Shown here piece after piece: positions 1 through 15,000 of a stretch of DNA of 64,000 bases. This DNA is from the human T2T-CHM13v2.0 reference genome, Homo sapiens: assembly GCF_009914755.1 (NCBI RefSeq), contig NC_060946.1; one strand, given 5' to 3'. Position 1 is the stretch's first letter, and the number at the start of each line of letters is the position of its first letter. The position numbers and the translations under genes are program-made. The notes below the pieces were generated by a model, which ran no database searches, was not told where the DNA came from, and was given only the letters and a program-made list of their open reading frames with translations.

Positions 1-3000
1 ACTTGCAGATTCAACAAAAAGTGTTTTTCAGAACTGCTCTATCAAAAGAAAGATCCACCTCTGTTAGCTGAGTTCACACATCACAAACAAGTTTATGAGA
101 ATGCTTCTGTCTAGTTTTTATTTGAAGATATTTCCTTTCTCACCATAGACCTGAAAGCTGTCCTAATGTTCACTTCCAGATACTACAGAAAGAGTGTTTC
201 AAAACTGCTGTACGAAAGGGAATGTTCAACTCTGTGACTTGAATGCACACATCACAAAGAAGTTTCTGAGGATGCTGCTGTCTACTTTTTATACGTAATC
301 CCGTTTCCAACGAAATCCTCCAAGCTATCCAAATATCCACTTGCAGATTCCACAGAAAGACTGTTTCAAAACTGCTCTGTCAATAGAAAGGTTCAAATCT
401 GTTAGCTGCGTGCATATATCCCAAAGAAGATTCTGAGATTCCTTCTGTCTAGTTTTTATGGGAAGATATTTCCCTTTTCATCGTAGGGGTCAAGGCGCTC
501 CAAATGTCCACTTCCAGATACTACAAAAAGAGTGTTTCAAACCTACTCTGTGAAAGGGAATATTCAACTCTGTGACTTGAATGCAGATATCACAAGAAGT
601 TTCTGAGAATGCTTCTGTCGAGATTTTATATGAAGATATTCCCGTTTCCAACGAAATCCTGAAATCTATCCAAATATCCCCTCGCAGATTCTACAAAAAG
701 AGTGTTTCAAAACTGCTCTGTAAAAAGAAAGGTTCAACTCTGTTAGTTGAGTACACACATCACAAACAAGTTTCACAGAATGCTTCTTTCTAGCTTGTAG
801 GGGAAGATATACCCTTTATCACCATGGTCCTCAAACCGTTCGAAACGTCCTCTTCCATATAGTACAAAAAGAGCGTTTCAAACCTGCTCTATGAAAGGCA
901 ATGTTCAACTCTGTGACTTGAATGCAGACATCACAGAGCAGTTTCTGAGAATGCTTCTGTCTAGATTTTATAGGAAGATATTCCCGTTTCCAACGAAATC
1001 TTCACAGCTATCCAAATATCCACTTGCAGATTCTACAAAAAGAGTGTATCAAAACTGCTCTGTCAAAAGGAAGGTTCTTCTCTGTTAGGTGAGTGCATAC
1101 GTCATAAAGCAGTTTCTGAGAATGTTTCTGTCTAGTGGTTATGGGAAGATATTTGCTTTTTCCCTATAGGCCTCAGAGCGCTCCAAATATCCACTTGCAC
1201 ATACTACAAAAAGAGTGCTTCAAAGCTGCTCTCTGAAACGGAATGTTCAACTCTATGAGTTGAATGCAAACATCACAAAGACGTTTCTGAGAATGCTTCT
1301 GTCTAGATTTGATATGAAGATATTCCCGTTTCCAACGAAATCTTCAAATCTATCCAAATGTCCACTTGCAGATTCAACAAAAAGTGTTTTTCAGAACTGC
1401 TCTATCAAAAGAAAGATCCACCTCTGTTAGCTGAGTTCACACATCACAAACAAGTTTATGAGAATGCTTCTGTCTAGTTTTTATTTGAAGATATTTCCTT
1501 TCTCACCATAGACCTGAAAGCTGTCCTAATGTTCACTTCCAGATACTACAGAAAGAGTGTTTCAAAACTGCTGTACGAAAGGGAATGTTCAACTCTGTGA
1601 CTTGAATGCACACATCACAAAGAAGTTTCTGAGGATGCTGCTGTCTACTTTTTATACGTAATCCCGTTTCCAACGAAATCCTCCAAGCTATCCAAATATC
1701 CACTTGCAGATTCCACAGAAAGACTGTTTCAAAACTGCTCTGTCAATAGAAAGGTTCAACTCTGTTAGCTGCGTGCATATAACCCAAAGAAGATTCTGAG
1801 TTTGCTTCTGTCTACTTTTTATGAGAAGTTATTTCCCTTTTCACCGTAGGCGTCAAGGCGCTCCAAATGTCCACTTCCAGACTACTACAAAAAGGGTTTT
1901 TCAAACCTAGTCTGTGAAAGGGAATATTCAACTCTGTGACTTGAATGCACATATCACAAAGAAGTTTCTGAGAATGCTTCTGTCGAGATTTTATATGAAG
2001 ATATTCCCGTTTCCAACGAAATCCTGAAATCTATCCAAATATCCCCTCGCAGATTCTACAAAAAGAGTGTTTCAAAACTGCTCTGTAAAAAGAAAGGTTC
2101 AACTCTGTTAGTTGAGTACACACATCACAAACAAGTTTCACAGAATGCTTCTTTCTAGCTTGTAGGGGAAGATATTCCCTTTATCACCATGGGCCTCAAA
2201 CCGTCCGAAACGTCCACTTCCATATACTACAAAAAGAGCGTTTCAAACCTGCTCTATGAAAGGCAATGTTCAACTCTGTGACTTGAATGCAGACATCACA
2301 GAGCAGTTTCTGAGAATGCTTCTGTCTAGATTTTATAGGAAGATATTCCCGTTTCCAACGAAATCTTCACAGCTATCCAAATATCCACTTGCAGATTCTA
2401 CAAAAAGAGTGTATCAAAACTGCTCTGTCAAAAGGAAGGTTCTTCTCTGTTAGGTGAGTGCATACGTCATAAAGGAGTTTCTGAGAATGTTTCAGTCTAG
2501 TGTTTATGGGAAGATATTTGCTTTTTCCCCGTAGGCCTCAGAGCGCTCCAAATATCCACTTGCACATACTACAAAAAGAGTGCTTCAAAGCTGCTCTCTG
2601 AAACGGAATGTTCAACTCTATGAGTTGAATGCAAACATCACAAAGACGTTTCTGAGAATGCTTCTGTCTAGATTTGATATGAAGATATTCCCGTTTCCAA
2701 AGAAATCTTCAAATCTATCCAAATGTCCACTTGCAGATTCAACAAAAAGTGTTTTTCAGAACTGCTCTATCAAAAGAAAGATCCACCTCTGTTAGCTGAG
2801 TTCACACATCACAAACAAGTTTATGAGAATGCTTCTGTCTAGTTTTTATTTGAAGATATTTCCTTTCTCACCATAGACCTGAAAGCTGTCCTAATGTTCA
2901 CTTCCAGATACTACAGAAGGAGTGTTTCAAAACTGCTGTACGAAAGGGAATGTTCAACTCTGTGACTTGAATGCACACATCACAAAGAAGTTTCTGAGGA

Positions 3001-6000
3001 TGCTGCTGTCTACTTTTTATACGTAATCCCGTTTCCAACGAAATCCTCCAAGCTATCCAAATATCCACTTGCAGATTCCACAGAAAGACTGTTTCAAAAC
3101 TGCTCTGTCAATAGAAAGGTTCAACTCTGTTAGCTGCGTGCATATATCCCAAAGAAGATTCTGAGATTACTTCTGTCTAGTTTTTATGGGAAGATATTTC
3201 CCTTTTCACCGTAGGCGTCAAGGCGCTCCAAATGTCCACTTCCAGATACTACAAAAAGAGTGTTTCAAACCTACTCTGTGAAAGGGAATATTCAACTCTG
3301 TGACTTGAATGCACATATCACAAGAAGTTTCTGAGAATGCTTCTGTCGAGATTTTATATGAAGATATTCCCGTTTCCAACGAAATCCTGAAATCTATCCA
3401 AATATCCCCTCGCAGATTCTACAAAAAGAGTGTTTCAAAACTGCTCTGTAAAAAGAAAGGTTCAACTCTGTTAGTTGAGTACACACATCACAAACAAGTT
3501 TCACAGAATGCTTCTTTCTAGCTTGTAGGGGAAGATATACCCTTTATCAACATGGTCCTCAAACCGTTCGAAACGTCCTCTTCCATATAGTACAAAAAGA
3601 GCGTTTCAAACCTGCTCTATGAAAGGCAATGTTCAACTCTGTGACTTGAATGCAGACATCACAGAGCAGTTTCTGAGAATGCTTCTGTCTAGATTTTATA
3701 GGAAGATATTCCCGTTTCCAACGAAATCTTCACAGCTATCCAAATATCCACTTGCAGATTCTACAAAAAGAGTGTATCAAAACTGCTCTGTCAAAAGGAA
3801 GGTTCTTCTCTGTTAGGTGAGTGCATACGTCATAAAGCAGTTTCTGAGAATGTTTCTGTCTAGTGGTTATGGGAAGATATTTGCTTTTTCCCTATAGGCC
3901 TCAGAGCGCTCCAAATATCCACTTGCACATACTACAAAAAGAGTGCTTCAAAGCTGCTCTCTGAAACGGAATGTTCAACTCTATGAGTTGAATGCAAACA
4001 TCACAAAGACGTTTCTGAGAATGCTTCTGTCTAGATTTGATATGAAGATATTCCCGTTTCCAACGAAATCTTCAAATCTATCCAAATGTCCACTTGCAGA
4101 TTCAACAAAAAGTGTTTTTCAGAACTGCTCTATCAAAAGAAAGATCCACCTCTGTTAGCTGAGTTCACACATCACAAACAAGTTTATGAGAATGCTTCTG
4201 TCTAGTTTTTATTTGAAGATATTTCCTTTCTCACCATAGACCTGAAAGCTGTCCTAATGTTCACTTCCAGATACTACAGAAAGAGTGTTTCAAAACTGCT
4301 GTACGAAAGGGAATGTTCAACTCTGTGACTTGAATGCACACATCACAAAGAAGTTTCTGAGGATGCTGCTGTCTACTTTTTATACGTAATCCCGTTTCCA
4401 ACGAAATCCTCCAAGCTATCCAAATATCCACTTGCAGATTCCACAGAAAGACTGTTTCAAAACTGCTCTGTCAATAGAAAGGTTCAACTCTGTTAGCTGC
4501 GTGCATATAACCCAAAGAAGATTCTGAGATTGCTTCTGTCTACTTTTTATGAGAAGATATTTCCCTTTTCACCGTAGGCGTCAAGGCGCTCCAAATGTCC
4601 ACTTCCAGACTACTACAAAAAGAGTTTTTCAAACCTAGTCTGTGAAAGGGAATATTCAACTCTGTGACTTGAATGCACATATCACAAAGAAGTTTCTGAG
4701 AATGCTTCTGTCGAGATTTTATATGAAGATATTCCCGTTTCCAACGAAATCCTGAAATCTATCCAAATATCCCCTCGCAGATTCTACAAAAAGAGTGTTT
4801 CAAAACTGCTCTGTAAAAAGAAAGGTTCAACTCTGTTAGTTGAGTACACACATCACAAACAAGTTTCACAGAATGCTTCTTTCTAGCTTGTAGGGGAAGA
4901 TATTCCCTTTATCACCATGGGCCTCAAACCGTCCGAAACGTCCACTTCCATATACTACAAAAAGAGCGTTTCAAACCTGCTCTATGAAAGGCAATGTTCA
5001 ACTCTGTGACTTGAATGCAGACATCACAGAGCAGTTTCTGAGAATGCTTCTGTCTAGATTTTATAGGAAGATATTCCCGTTTCCAACGAAATCTTCACAG
5101 CTATCCAAATATCCACTTGCAGATTCTACAAAAAGAGTGTATCAAAACTGCTCTGTCAAAAGGAAGGTTCTTCTCTGTTAGGTGAGTGCATACGTCATAA
5201 AGGAGTTTCTGAGAATGTTTCAGTCTAGTGTTTATGGGAAGATATTTGCTTTTTCACCGTAGGCCTCAGAGCGCTCCAAATATCCACTTGCACATACTAC
5301 AAAAAGAGTGCTTCAAAGCTGCTCTCTGAAACGGAATGTTCAACTCTATGAGTTGAATGCAAACATCACAAAGACGTTTCTGAGAATGCTTCTGTCTAGA
5401 TTTGATATGAAGATATTCCCGTTTCCAACGAAATCTTCAAATCTATCCAAATGTCCACTTGCAGATTCAACAAAAAGTGTTTTTCAGAACTGCTCTATCA
5501 AAAGAAAGATCCACCTCTGTTAGCTGAGTTCACACATCACAAACAAGTTTATGAGAATGCTTCTGTCTAGTTTTTATTTGAAGATATTTCCTTTCTCACC
5601 ATAGACCTGAAAGCTGTCCTAATGTTCACTTCCAGATACTACAGAAAGAGTGTTTCAAAACTGCTGTACGAAAGGGAATGTTCAACACTGTGACTTGAAT
5701 GCACACATCACAAAGAAGTTTCTGAGGATGCTGCTGTCTACTTTTTATACGTAATCCCGTTTCCAACGAAATCCTCCAAGCTATCCAAATATCCACTTGC
5801 AGATTCCACAGAAAGACTGTTTCAAAACTGCTCTGTCAATAGAAAGGTTCAACTCTGTTAGCTGCGTGCATATATCCCAAAGAAGTTTCTGAGATTACTT
5901 CTGTCTAGTTTTTATGGGAAGATATTTCCCTTTTCACCGTAGGCGTCAAGGCGCTCCAAATGTCCACTTCCAGATACTACAAAAAGAGTGTTTCAAACCT

Positions 6001-9000
6001 ACTCTGTGAAAGGGAATATTCAACTCTGTGACTTGAATGCACATATCACAAGAAGTTTCTGAGAATGCTTCTGTCGAGATTTTATATGAAGATATTCCCG
6101 TTTCCAACGAAATCCTGAAATCTATCCAAATATCCCCTCGCAGATTCTACAAAAAGAGTGTTTCAAAACTGCTCTGTAAAAAGAAAGGTTCAACTCTGTT
6201 AGTTGAGTACACACATCACAAACAAGTTTCACAGAATGCTTCTTTCTAGCTTGTAGGGGAAGATATTCCCTTTATCACCATGGGCCTCAAACCGTCCGAA
6301 ACGTCTACTTACATATACTACAAAAAGAGCGTTTCAAACCTGCTCTATGAAAGGCAATGTTCAACTCTGTGACTTGAATGCAGACATCACAGAGCAGTTT
6401 CTGAGAATGCTTCTGTCTAGATTTTATAGGAAGATATTCCCGTTTCCAACGAAATCTTCACAGCTATCCAAATATCCACTTGCAGATTCTACAAAAAGAG
6501 TGTATCAAAAGTGCTCTGTCAAAAGGAAGGTTCTTCTCTGTTAGGTGAGTGCATACGTCATAAAGGAGTTTCTGAGAATGTTTCTGTATAGTGGTTATGG
6601 GAAGATATTTGCTTTTTCACCGTAGGCCTCAGAGCGCTCCAAATATCCACTTGCACATACTACAAAAAGAGTTCTTCAAAGCTGCTCTCTGAAACGGAAT
6701 GTTCAACTCTATGAGTTGAATGCAAACATCACAAAGACGTTTCCGAGAATCCTTCTGTCTAGATTTGATATGAAGATATTCCCGTTTCCAACGAAATCTT
6801 CAAATCTATCCAAATGTCCACTTGCAGATTCAACAAAACGTGTTTTTCAGAACTGCTCTATCAAAAGAAAGATCCACCTCTGTTAGCTGAGTTCACACAT
6901 CACAAACAAGTTTATGAGAATGCTTCTGTCTAGTTTTTATTTGAAGATATTTCCTTTCTCACCATAGACCTGAAAGCTGTCTTAATGTTCACTTCCAGAT
7001 ACTACAGAAAGAGTGTTTCAAAACTGCTGTACAAAAGGGAATGTTCAACTCTGTGACTTGAATGCACACATCACAAAGAAGTTTCTGAGGATGCTGCTGT
7101 CTACTTTTTATACGTAATCCCGTTTCCAACGAAATCCTCCAAGCTATCCAAATATCCACTTGCAGATTCCACAGAAAGACTGTTTCAAAACTGCTCTGTC
7201 AATAGAAAGGTTGAACTCTGTTAGCTGCGTGCATATATCCCAAAGAAGATTCTGAGATTGCTTCTGTCTAGTTTTTATGGGAAGATATTTCCCTTTTCAC
7301 CGTAGGTGTCAAGGGGCTCCAAATGTCCACTTCCAGGTACTACAAAAAGAGTGTTTCAAACCTACTCTGTGAAAGGGAATATTCAACTCTGTGACTTGAA
7401 TGCAGATATCACAAAGAAGTTTCTGAGAATGCTTCTGTCGAGATTTTATATGACGATATTCCCGTTTCCAACGAAATCCTGAAATCTATCCAAATATCCC
7501 CTCGCAGATTCTACAAAAAGAGTGTTTCAAAACTGCTCTGTAAAAAGAAAGTTTCAACTCTGTTAGTTGAGTACACACATCACAAACAAGTTTCACAGAA
7601 TGCTTCTTTCTAGCTTGTAGGGGAAGATATTCCCTTTATCACCATGGGCCTCAAACAGTCCGAAACGTCCACTTCCATATACTACAAAAAGAGCGTTTCA
7701 AACCTGCTCTAGGAAAGGCAATGTTCAACTCTGTGACTTGAATGCAGACATCACAGAGCAGTTTCTGAGAATGCTTCTGTCTAGATTTTATAGGAAGATA
7801 TTCCCGTTTCCAACGAAATCTTCACATCTATCCAAATATCCACTTGCAGATTCTACAAAAAGAGTGTATCAAAACTGCTCTGTCAAAAGGAAGGTTCTTC
7901 TCTGTTAGGTGAGTGCATACGTCATAAAGGAGTTTCTGAGAATGTTTCAGTGTAGTGGTTATGGGAAGATATTTGCTTTTTCCCCGTAGGCCTCAGAGCG
8001 CTCCAAATATCCACTTGCACATACTACAAAAAGAGTGCTTCAAAGCTGCTCTCTGAAACGGAATGTTCAACTCTATGAGTTGAATGCAAACATCACAAAG
8101 ACGTTTCTGAGAATGCTTCTGTCTAGATTTGATATGAAGATATTCCCGTTTCCAACGAAATCTTCAAATCTATCCAAATGTCCACTTGCAGATTCAACAA
8201 AAAGTGTTTTTCAGAACTGCTCTATCAAAAGAAAGATCCACCTCTGTTAGCTGAGTTCACACATCACAAACAAGTTTATGAGAATGCTTCTGTCTAGTTT
8301 TTATTTGAAGATATTTCCTTTCTCACCATAGACCTGAAAGCTGTCCTAATGTTCACTTCCAGATACTACAGAAAGAGTGTTTCAAAACTGCTGTACGAAA
8401 GGGAATGTTCAACCCTGTGACTTGAATGCACACATCACAAAGAAGTTTCTGAGGATGCTGCTGTCTACTTTTTATACGTAATCCCGTTTCCAACGAAATC
8501 CTCCAATCTATCCAAACATCCACTTGCAGATTCCACAGAAAGACTGTTTCAAAACTGCTCTGTCAATAGAAAGGTTCAACTCTGTTAGCTGCGTGCATAT
8601 ATCCCAAAGAAGATTCTGAGATTGCTTCTGTCTAGTTTTTATGGGAAGATATTTCCCTTTTCACCGTAGGCGTCAAGGCGCTCCAAATGTCCACTTCCAG
8701 ATACTACAAAAAGAGTGTTTCAAACCTACTCTGTGAAAGGGAATATTCAACTCTGTGACTTGAATGCAGATATCACAAAGAAGTTTCTGAGAATGCTTCT
8801 GTCGAGATTTTATATGAAGATATTCCCGTTTCCAACGAAATCCTGAAATCTATCCAAATATCCCCTCGCAGATTCTACAAAAAGAGTGTTTCAAAACTGC
8901 TCTGTAAAAAGAAAGGTTCAACTCTGTTAGTTGAGTACACACATCACAAACAAGTTTCACAGAATGCTTCTTTCTAGCTTGTAGGGGAAGATATTCCCTT

Positions 9001-12000
9001 TATCACCATGGGCCTCAAACCGTCCGAAACGTCTACTTCCATATACTACAAAAAGAGCGTTTCAAACCTGCTCTATGAAAGGCAATGTTCAACTCTGTGA
9101 CTTGAATGCAGACATCACAGAGCAGTTTCTGAGAATGCTTCTGTCTAGATTTTATAGGAAGATATTCCCGTTTCCAACGAAATCTTCACAGCTATCCAAA
9201 TATCCACTTGCAGATTCTACAAAAAGAGTGTATCAAAAATGCTCTGTCAAAAGGAAGGTTCTTCTCTGTTAGGTGAGTGCATACGTCATAAAGGAGTTTC
9301 TGAGAATGTTTCTGTCTAGTGGTTATGGGAAGATATTTGCTTTTTCACCGTAGGCCTCAGAGCACTCCAAATATCCACTTGCACATACTACAAAAAGAGT
9401 GCTTCAAAGCTGCTCTCTGAAAGGGAATGTTCAACTCTATGAGTTGAATGCAAACATCACAAAGACGTTTCTGAGAATGCTTCTGTCTAGATTTGATATG
9501 AAGATATTCCCGTTTCCAACGAAATCTTCAAATCAATCCAAATGTCCACTTGCAGATTCAACAAAAAGTGTTTTTCAGAACTGCTCTATCAAAAGAAAGA
9601 TCCACCTCTGTTAGCTGAGTTCACACATCACAAACAAGTTTATGAGAATGCTTTTGTCCAGTTTTTATTTGAAGATATTGCCTTTCTCACCGTAGACCTC
9701 AAAGCTGTCCTAATGTTCACTTCCAGATACTACAGAAAGAGTGTTTCAAAACTGCTGTACGAAAGGCAATGTTCAACTCTGTGACTTGAATGCACACATC
9801 ACAAAGAAGTTTCTGAAGATGCTGCTGTCTACTTTTTATACGTAATCCCGTTTCCAACGAAATCCTCCAAGCTATCCAAATATCCACTTGCAGATTCCAC
9901 AGAAAGACTGTTTCAAAACTGCTCTGTCAATAGAAAGGTTCAACTCTGTTAGCTGCGTGCATATATCCCAAAGAAGATTCTGAGATTGCTTCTGTCTAGT
10001 TTTTATGGGAAGATATTTCCCTTTTCACCATAAGTGTCAAGGCGCTCCAAATGTCCACTTCCAGATACTACAAAAAGAGTGTTTCAAACCTACTCTGTGA
10101 AAGGGAATATTCAACTCTGTGACTTGAATACACATATCACAAAGAAGTTTCTGAGAATGCTTCTGTCGAGATTTTATATGAAGTTATTCCCGTTTCCAAC
10201 GAAATCCTGAAATCTATCCAAATATCCCCTCGCAGATTCTACAAAAAGAATGTTTCAAAACTGCTCTGTAAAAAGAAAGGTTCAACTCTGTTAGTTGAGT
10301 ACACACATCACAAACAAGTTTCACAGAATGCTTCTTTCTAGCTTGTAGGGGAAGATATTCCCTTTATCACCATGGGCCTCAAACCGTCCGAAACGTCCAC
10401 TTCCATATACTACAAAAAGAGCGTTTCAAACCTGCTCTATGAAAGGCAATGTTCAACTCTGTGACTTGAATGCAGACATCACAGAGCATTTTCTGAGAAT
10501 GCTTCTGTCTAGATTTTATAGGAAGATATTCCCGTTTCCAACGAAATCTTCACAGCTATCCAAATATCCACTTGCAGATTCTACAAAAAGAGTGTATCAA
10601 AAATGCTCTGTCAAAAGGAAGGTTCTTCTCTGTTAGGTGAGTGCATACGTCATAAAGGAGTTTCTGAGAATGTTTCTGTCTAGTGGTTATGGGAAGATAT
10701 TTGCTTTTTCACCGTAGGCCTCAGAGCGCTCCAAATATCCACTTGCACATACTACAAAAAGAGTGCTTCAAAGCTGCTCTCTGAAACGGAATGTTCAACT
10801 CTATGAGTTGAATGCAAACATCACAAAGACGTTTCTGAGAATGCTTCTGTCTAGATTTGATATGAAGATATTCCCGTTTCCAACGAAATCTTCAAATCTA
10901 TCCAAATGTCCACTTGCAGATTCAACAAAAAGTGTTTTTCAGAACTGCTCTATCAAAAGAAAGATCCACCTCTGTTAGCTCAGTTCACACATCACAAACA
11001 AGTTTATGAGAATGTTTCTGTCTAGTTTTTATTTGAAGATTTTGCCTTTCTCACCATAGACCTGAAAGCTGTCCTAATGTTCACTTCCAGATACTACAGA
11101 AAGAGTGTTTCAAAACTGCTGTACGAAAGGGAATGTTCAACTCTGTGACTTGAATGCACACATCACAAAGAAGTTTCTGAGGATGCTGCTGTCTAATTTT
11201 TATACGTAATCCCGTTTCCAACGAAATCCTCCAAGCTATCCAAATATCCACTTGCAGATTCCACAGAAAGACTGTTTCAAAACTGCTCTGTCAATAGAAA
11301 GGTTCAACTCTGTTAGCTGCGTGCATATATCCCAAAGAAGATTCTGAGATTGCTTCTGTCTAGTTTTTATGGGAAGATATTTCCCTTTTCACCGTAGGCG
11401 TCAAGGCGCTCCAAATGTCCAATTCCAGATACTATAAAAAGAGTGTTTCAAACCTACTCTGTGAAAGGGAATATTCAACTCTGTGACTTGAATGCAGATA
11501 TCACAAAGAAGTTTCTGAGAATGCTTCTGTCGAGATTTTATATGAAGATATTCCCGTTTCCAACGAAATCCTGAAATCTATCCAAATATCCCCTCGCAGA
11601 TTCTACAAAAAGAGTGTTTCAAAACTGCTCTGTAAAAAGAAAGGTTCAACTCTGTTAGTTGAGTACACACATCACAAACAAGTTTGACAGAATGCTTCTT
11701 TCTAGCTTGTAGGGGAAGATATTCCCTTTATCACCATGGGCCTCAAACCGTCCGAAACGTCCACTGCCATATATTACAAAAAGAGCGTTTCAAACCTGCT
11801 TTATGAAAGGCAATGTTCAACTCTGTGACTTGAATGCAGACATCACAGAGCAGTTTCTGAGAATGCTTCTGTCTAGATTTTATAGGAAGATATTCCCGTT
11901 TCCAACGAAATCTTCACAGCTATCCAAATATCCACTTGCAGATTCTACAAAAAGAGTGTATCAAAAATGCTCTGTCAAAAGGAAGGTTCTTCTCTGTTAG

Positions 12001-15000
12001 GTGAGTGCATACGTCATAAAGGAGTTTCTGAGAATGTTTCTGTCTAGTGGTTATGGGAAGATATTTGCTTTTTCACCGTAGGCCTCAGAGCGCTCCAAAT
12101 ATCCACTTGCACATACTACAAAAAGAGTGCTTCAAAGCTGCTCTCTGAAAGGGAATGTTCAACTCTATGAGTTGAATGCAAACATCACAAAGACGTTTCT
12201 GAGAATGCTTCTGTCTAGATTTGATATGAAGATATTCCCGTTTCCAACGAAATCTTCAAATCTATCCAAATGTCCACTTGCAGATTCAACAAAAAGTGTT
12301 TTTCAGAACTGCTCTATCAAAAGAAAGATCCAGCTCTGTTAGCTGAGTTCACACATCACAAACAAGTTTATGAGAATGCTTCTGTCTAGTTTTTATTTGA
12401 AGATATTTCCTTTCTCACCATGGACCTGAAAGCTGTCCTAATGTTCACTTCCAGATACTACAGAAAGAGTGTTTCAAAACTGCTGTACGAAAGGGAATGT
12501 TCAACTCTGTGACTTGAATGCACACATCACAAAGAAGTTTCTGAGGATGCTGCTGTCTACTTTTTATACGTAATCCCGTTTCCAACGAAATCCTCCAAGC
12601 TATCCAAATATCCACTTGCAGATTCCACAGAAAGACTGTTTCAAAACTGCTCTGTCAATAGAAAGGTTCAACTCTGTTAGCTGCGTGCATATATCCCAAA
12701 GAAGATTCTGAGATTGCTTCTGTCTAGTTTTTATGGGAAGATATTTCCCTTTTCACCGTAGGTGTCAAGGCGCTCCAAATGTCCACTTCCAGATACTACA
12801 AAAAGAGTGTTTCAAACCTACTCTGTGAAAGGGAATATTCAACTCTGTGACTTGAATGCAGATATCACAAAGAAGTTTCTGAGAATGCTTCTGTCGAGAT
12901 TTTATATGAAGATATTCCCGTTTCCAACGAAATCCTGAAATCTATCCAAATATCCCCTCGCAGATTCTACAAAAAGAGTGTTTCAAAACTGCTCTGTAAA
13001 AAGAAAGGTTCAACTCTGTTAGTTGAGTACACACATCACAAACAAGTTTCACAGAATGCTTCTTTCTAGCTTGTAGGGGAAGATATTCCCTTTATCACCA
13101 TGGGCCTCAAACCGTCCGAAACGTCCACTTCCATATACTACAAAAAGAGCGTTTCAAACCTGCTCTATGAAAGGCAATGTTCAACTCTGTGACTTGAATG
13201 CAGACATCACAGAGCAGTTTCTGAGAATGCTTCTGTCTAGATTTTATAGGAAGATATTCCCGTTTCCAACGAAATCTTCACAGCTATCCAAATATCCACT
13301 TGCAGATTCTACAAAAAGAGTGTATCAAAACTGCTCTGTCAAAAGGAAGGTTCTTCTCTGTTAGGTGAGTGCACACGTCATACAGGAGTTTCTGAGAATG
13401 TTTCTGTCTAGTGGTTATGGGAAGATATTTGCTTTTTCACCGTAGGCCTCAGAGCGCTCCAAATATCCACTTGCACATACTACAAAAAGAGTGCTTCACA
13501 GCTGCACTCTGAAAGGGAATATTCAACTCTATGAGTTGAATGCAAACATCACAAAGACGTTTCTGAGAATGCTTCTGTCTAGATTTGATATGAAGATATT
13601 CCCGTTTCCAACGAAATCTTCAAATCTATCCAAATGTCCACTTCCAGATTCAACAAAAAGTGTTTTTCAGAACTGCTCTATCAAAAGAAAGATCCACCTC
13701 TGTTAGCTGAGTTCACACATCACAAACATGTTTATGACAATGCTTCTGTCTAGTTTTTATTTGAAGATATTTCCTTTCTCACCATAGACCTGAAAGCTGT
13801 CCTAATGTTCACTTCCAGATACTACAGAAAGAGTGTTTCAAAACTGCTGTACGAAAGGGAATGTTCAACTCTGTGACTTGAATGCACACATCACAAAGAA
13901 GTTTCTGAGGATGCTGCTGTCTACTTTTTATACGTAATCCCGTTTCCAACGTAATCCTCCAAGCTATCCAAATATCCACTTGCAGATTCCACAGAAAGAC
14001 TGTTACAAAACTGCTCTGTCAATAGAAAGGTTCAACTCTGTTAGCTGCGTGTATATATCCCAAAGAAGATTCTGAGATTGCTTCTGTCTAGTTTTTATGG
14101 GAAGATATTTCCCTTTTCACCGTAGGTGTCAAGGCGCTCCAAATATCCACTTCCAGATACTACAAAAAGAGTGTTTCAAACCTACTCTGTGAAAGGGAAT
14201 ATTCAACTCTGTGACTTGAATGCAGATATCACAAAGAAGTTTCTGAGAATGCTTCTGTCGAGATTTTATATGAAGATATTCCCGTTTCCAACGAAATCCT
14301 GAAATCTATCCAAATATCCCCTCGCAGATTCTACAAAAAGAGTGTTTCAAAACTGCTCTGTAAAAAGAAAGGTTCAACTCTGTTAGTTGAGTACACACAT
14401 CACAAACAAGTTTCACAGAATGCTTCTTTCTAGCTTGTAGGGGAAGATATTCCCTTTATCACCATGGGCCTCAAACCGTCCGAAACGTCCACTTCCATAT
14501 ACTACAAAAAGAGCATTTCAAACCTGCTCTATGAAAGGCAATGTTCAACTCTGTGACTTGAATGCAGACATCACAGAGCAGTTTCTGAGAATGCTTCTGT
14601 CTAGATTTTATAGGAAGATATTCCCGTTTCCAACGAAATCTTCACAGCTATCCAAATATCCACTTGCAGATTCTACAAAAAGAGTGTATCAAAACTGCTC
14701 TGTCAAAAGGAAGGTTCTTCTCTGTTAGGTGAGTGCACACGTCATAAAGGAGTTTCTGAGAATGTTTCTGTCCAGTGGTTATGGGAAGATATTTGCTTTT
14801 TCACCGTAGGCCTCAGAGCGCTCCAAATATCCACTTGCACATACTACAAAAAGAGTGCTTCAAAGCTGCTCTCTGAAAGGGAATGTTCAACTCTATGAGT
14901 TGAATGCAAACATCACAAAGACGTTTCTGAGAATGCTTCTGTCTAGATTTGATATGAAGATATTCCCGTTTCCAACGAAATCTTCAAATCTATCCAAATG

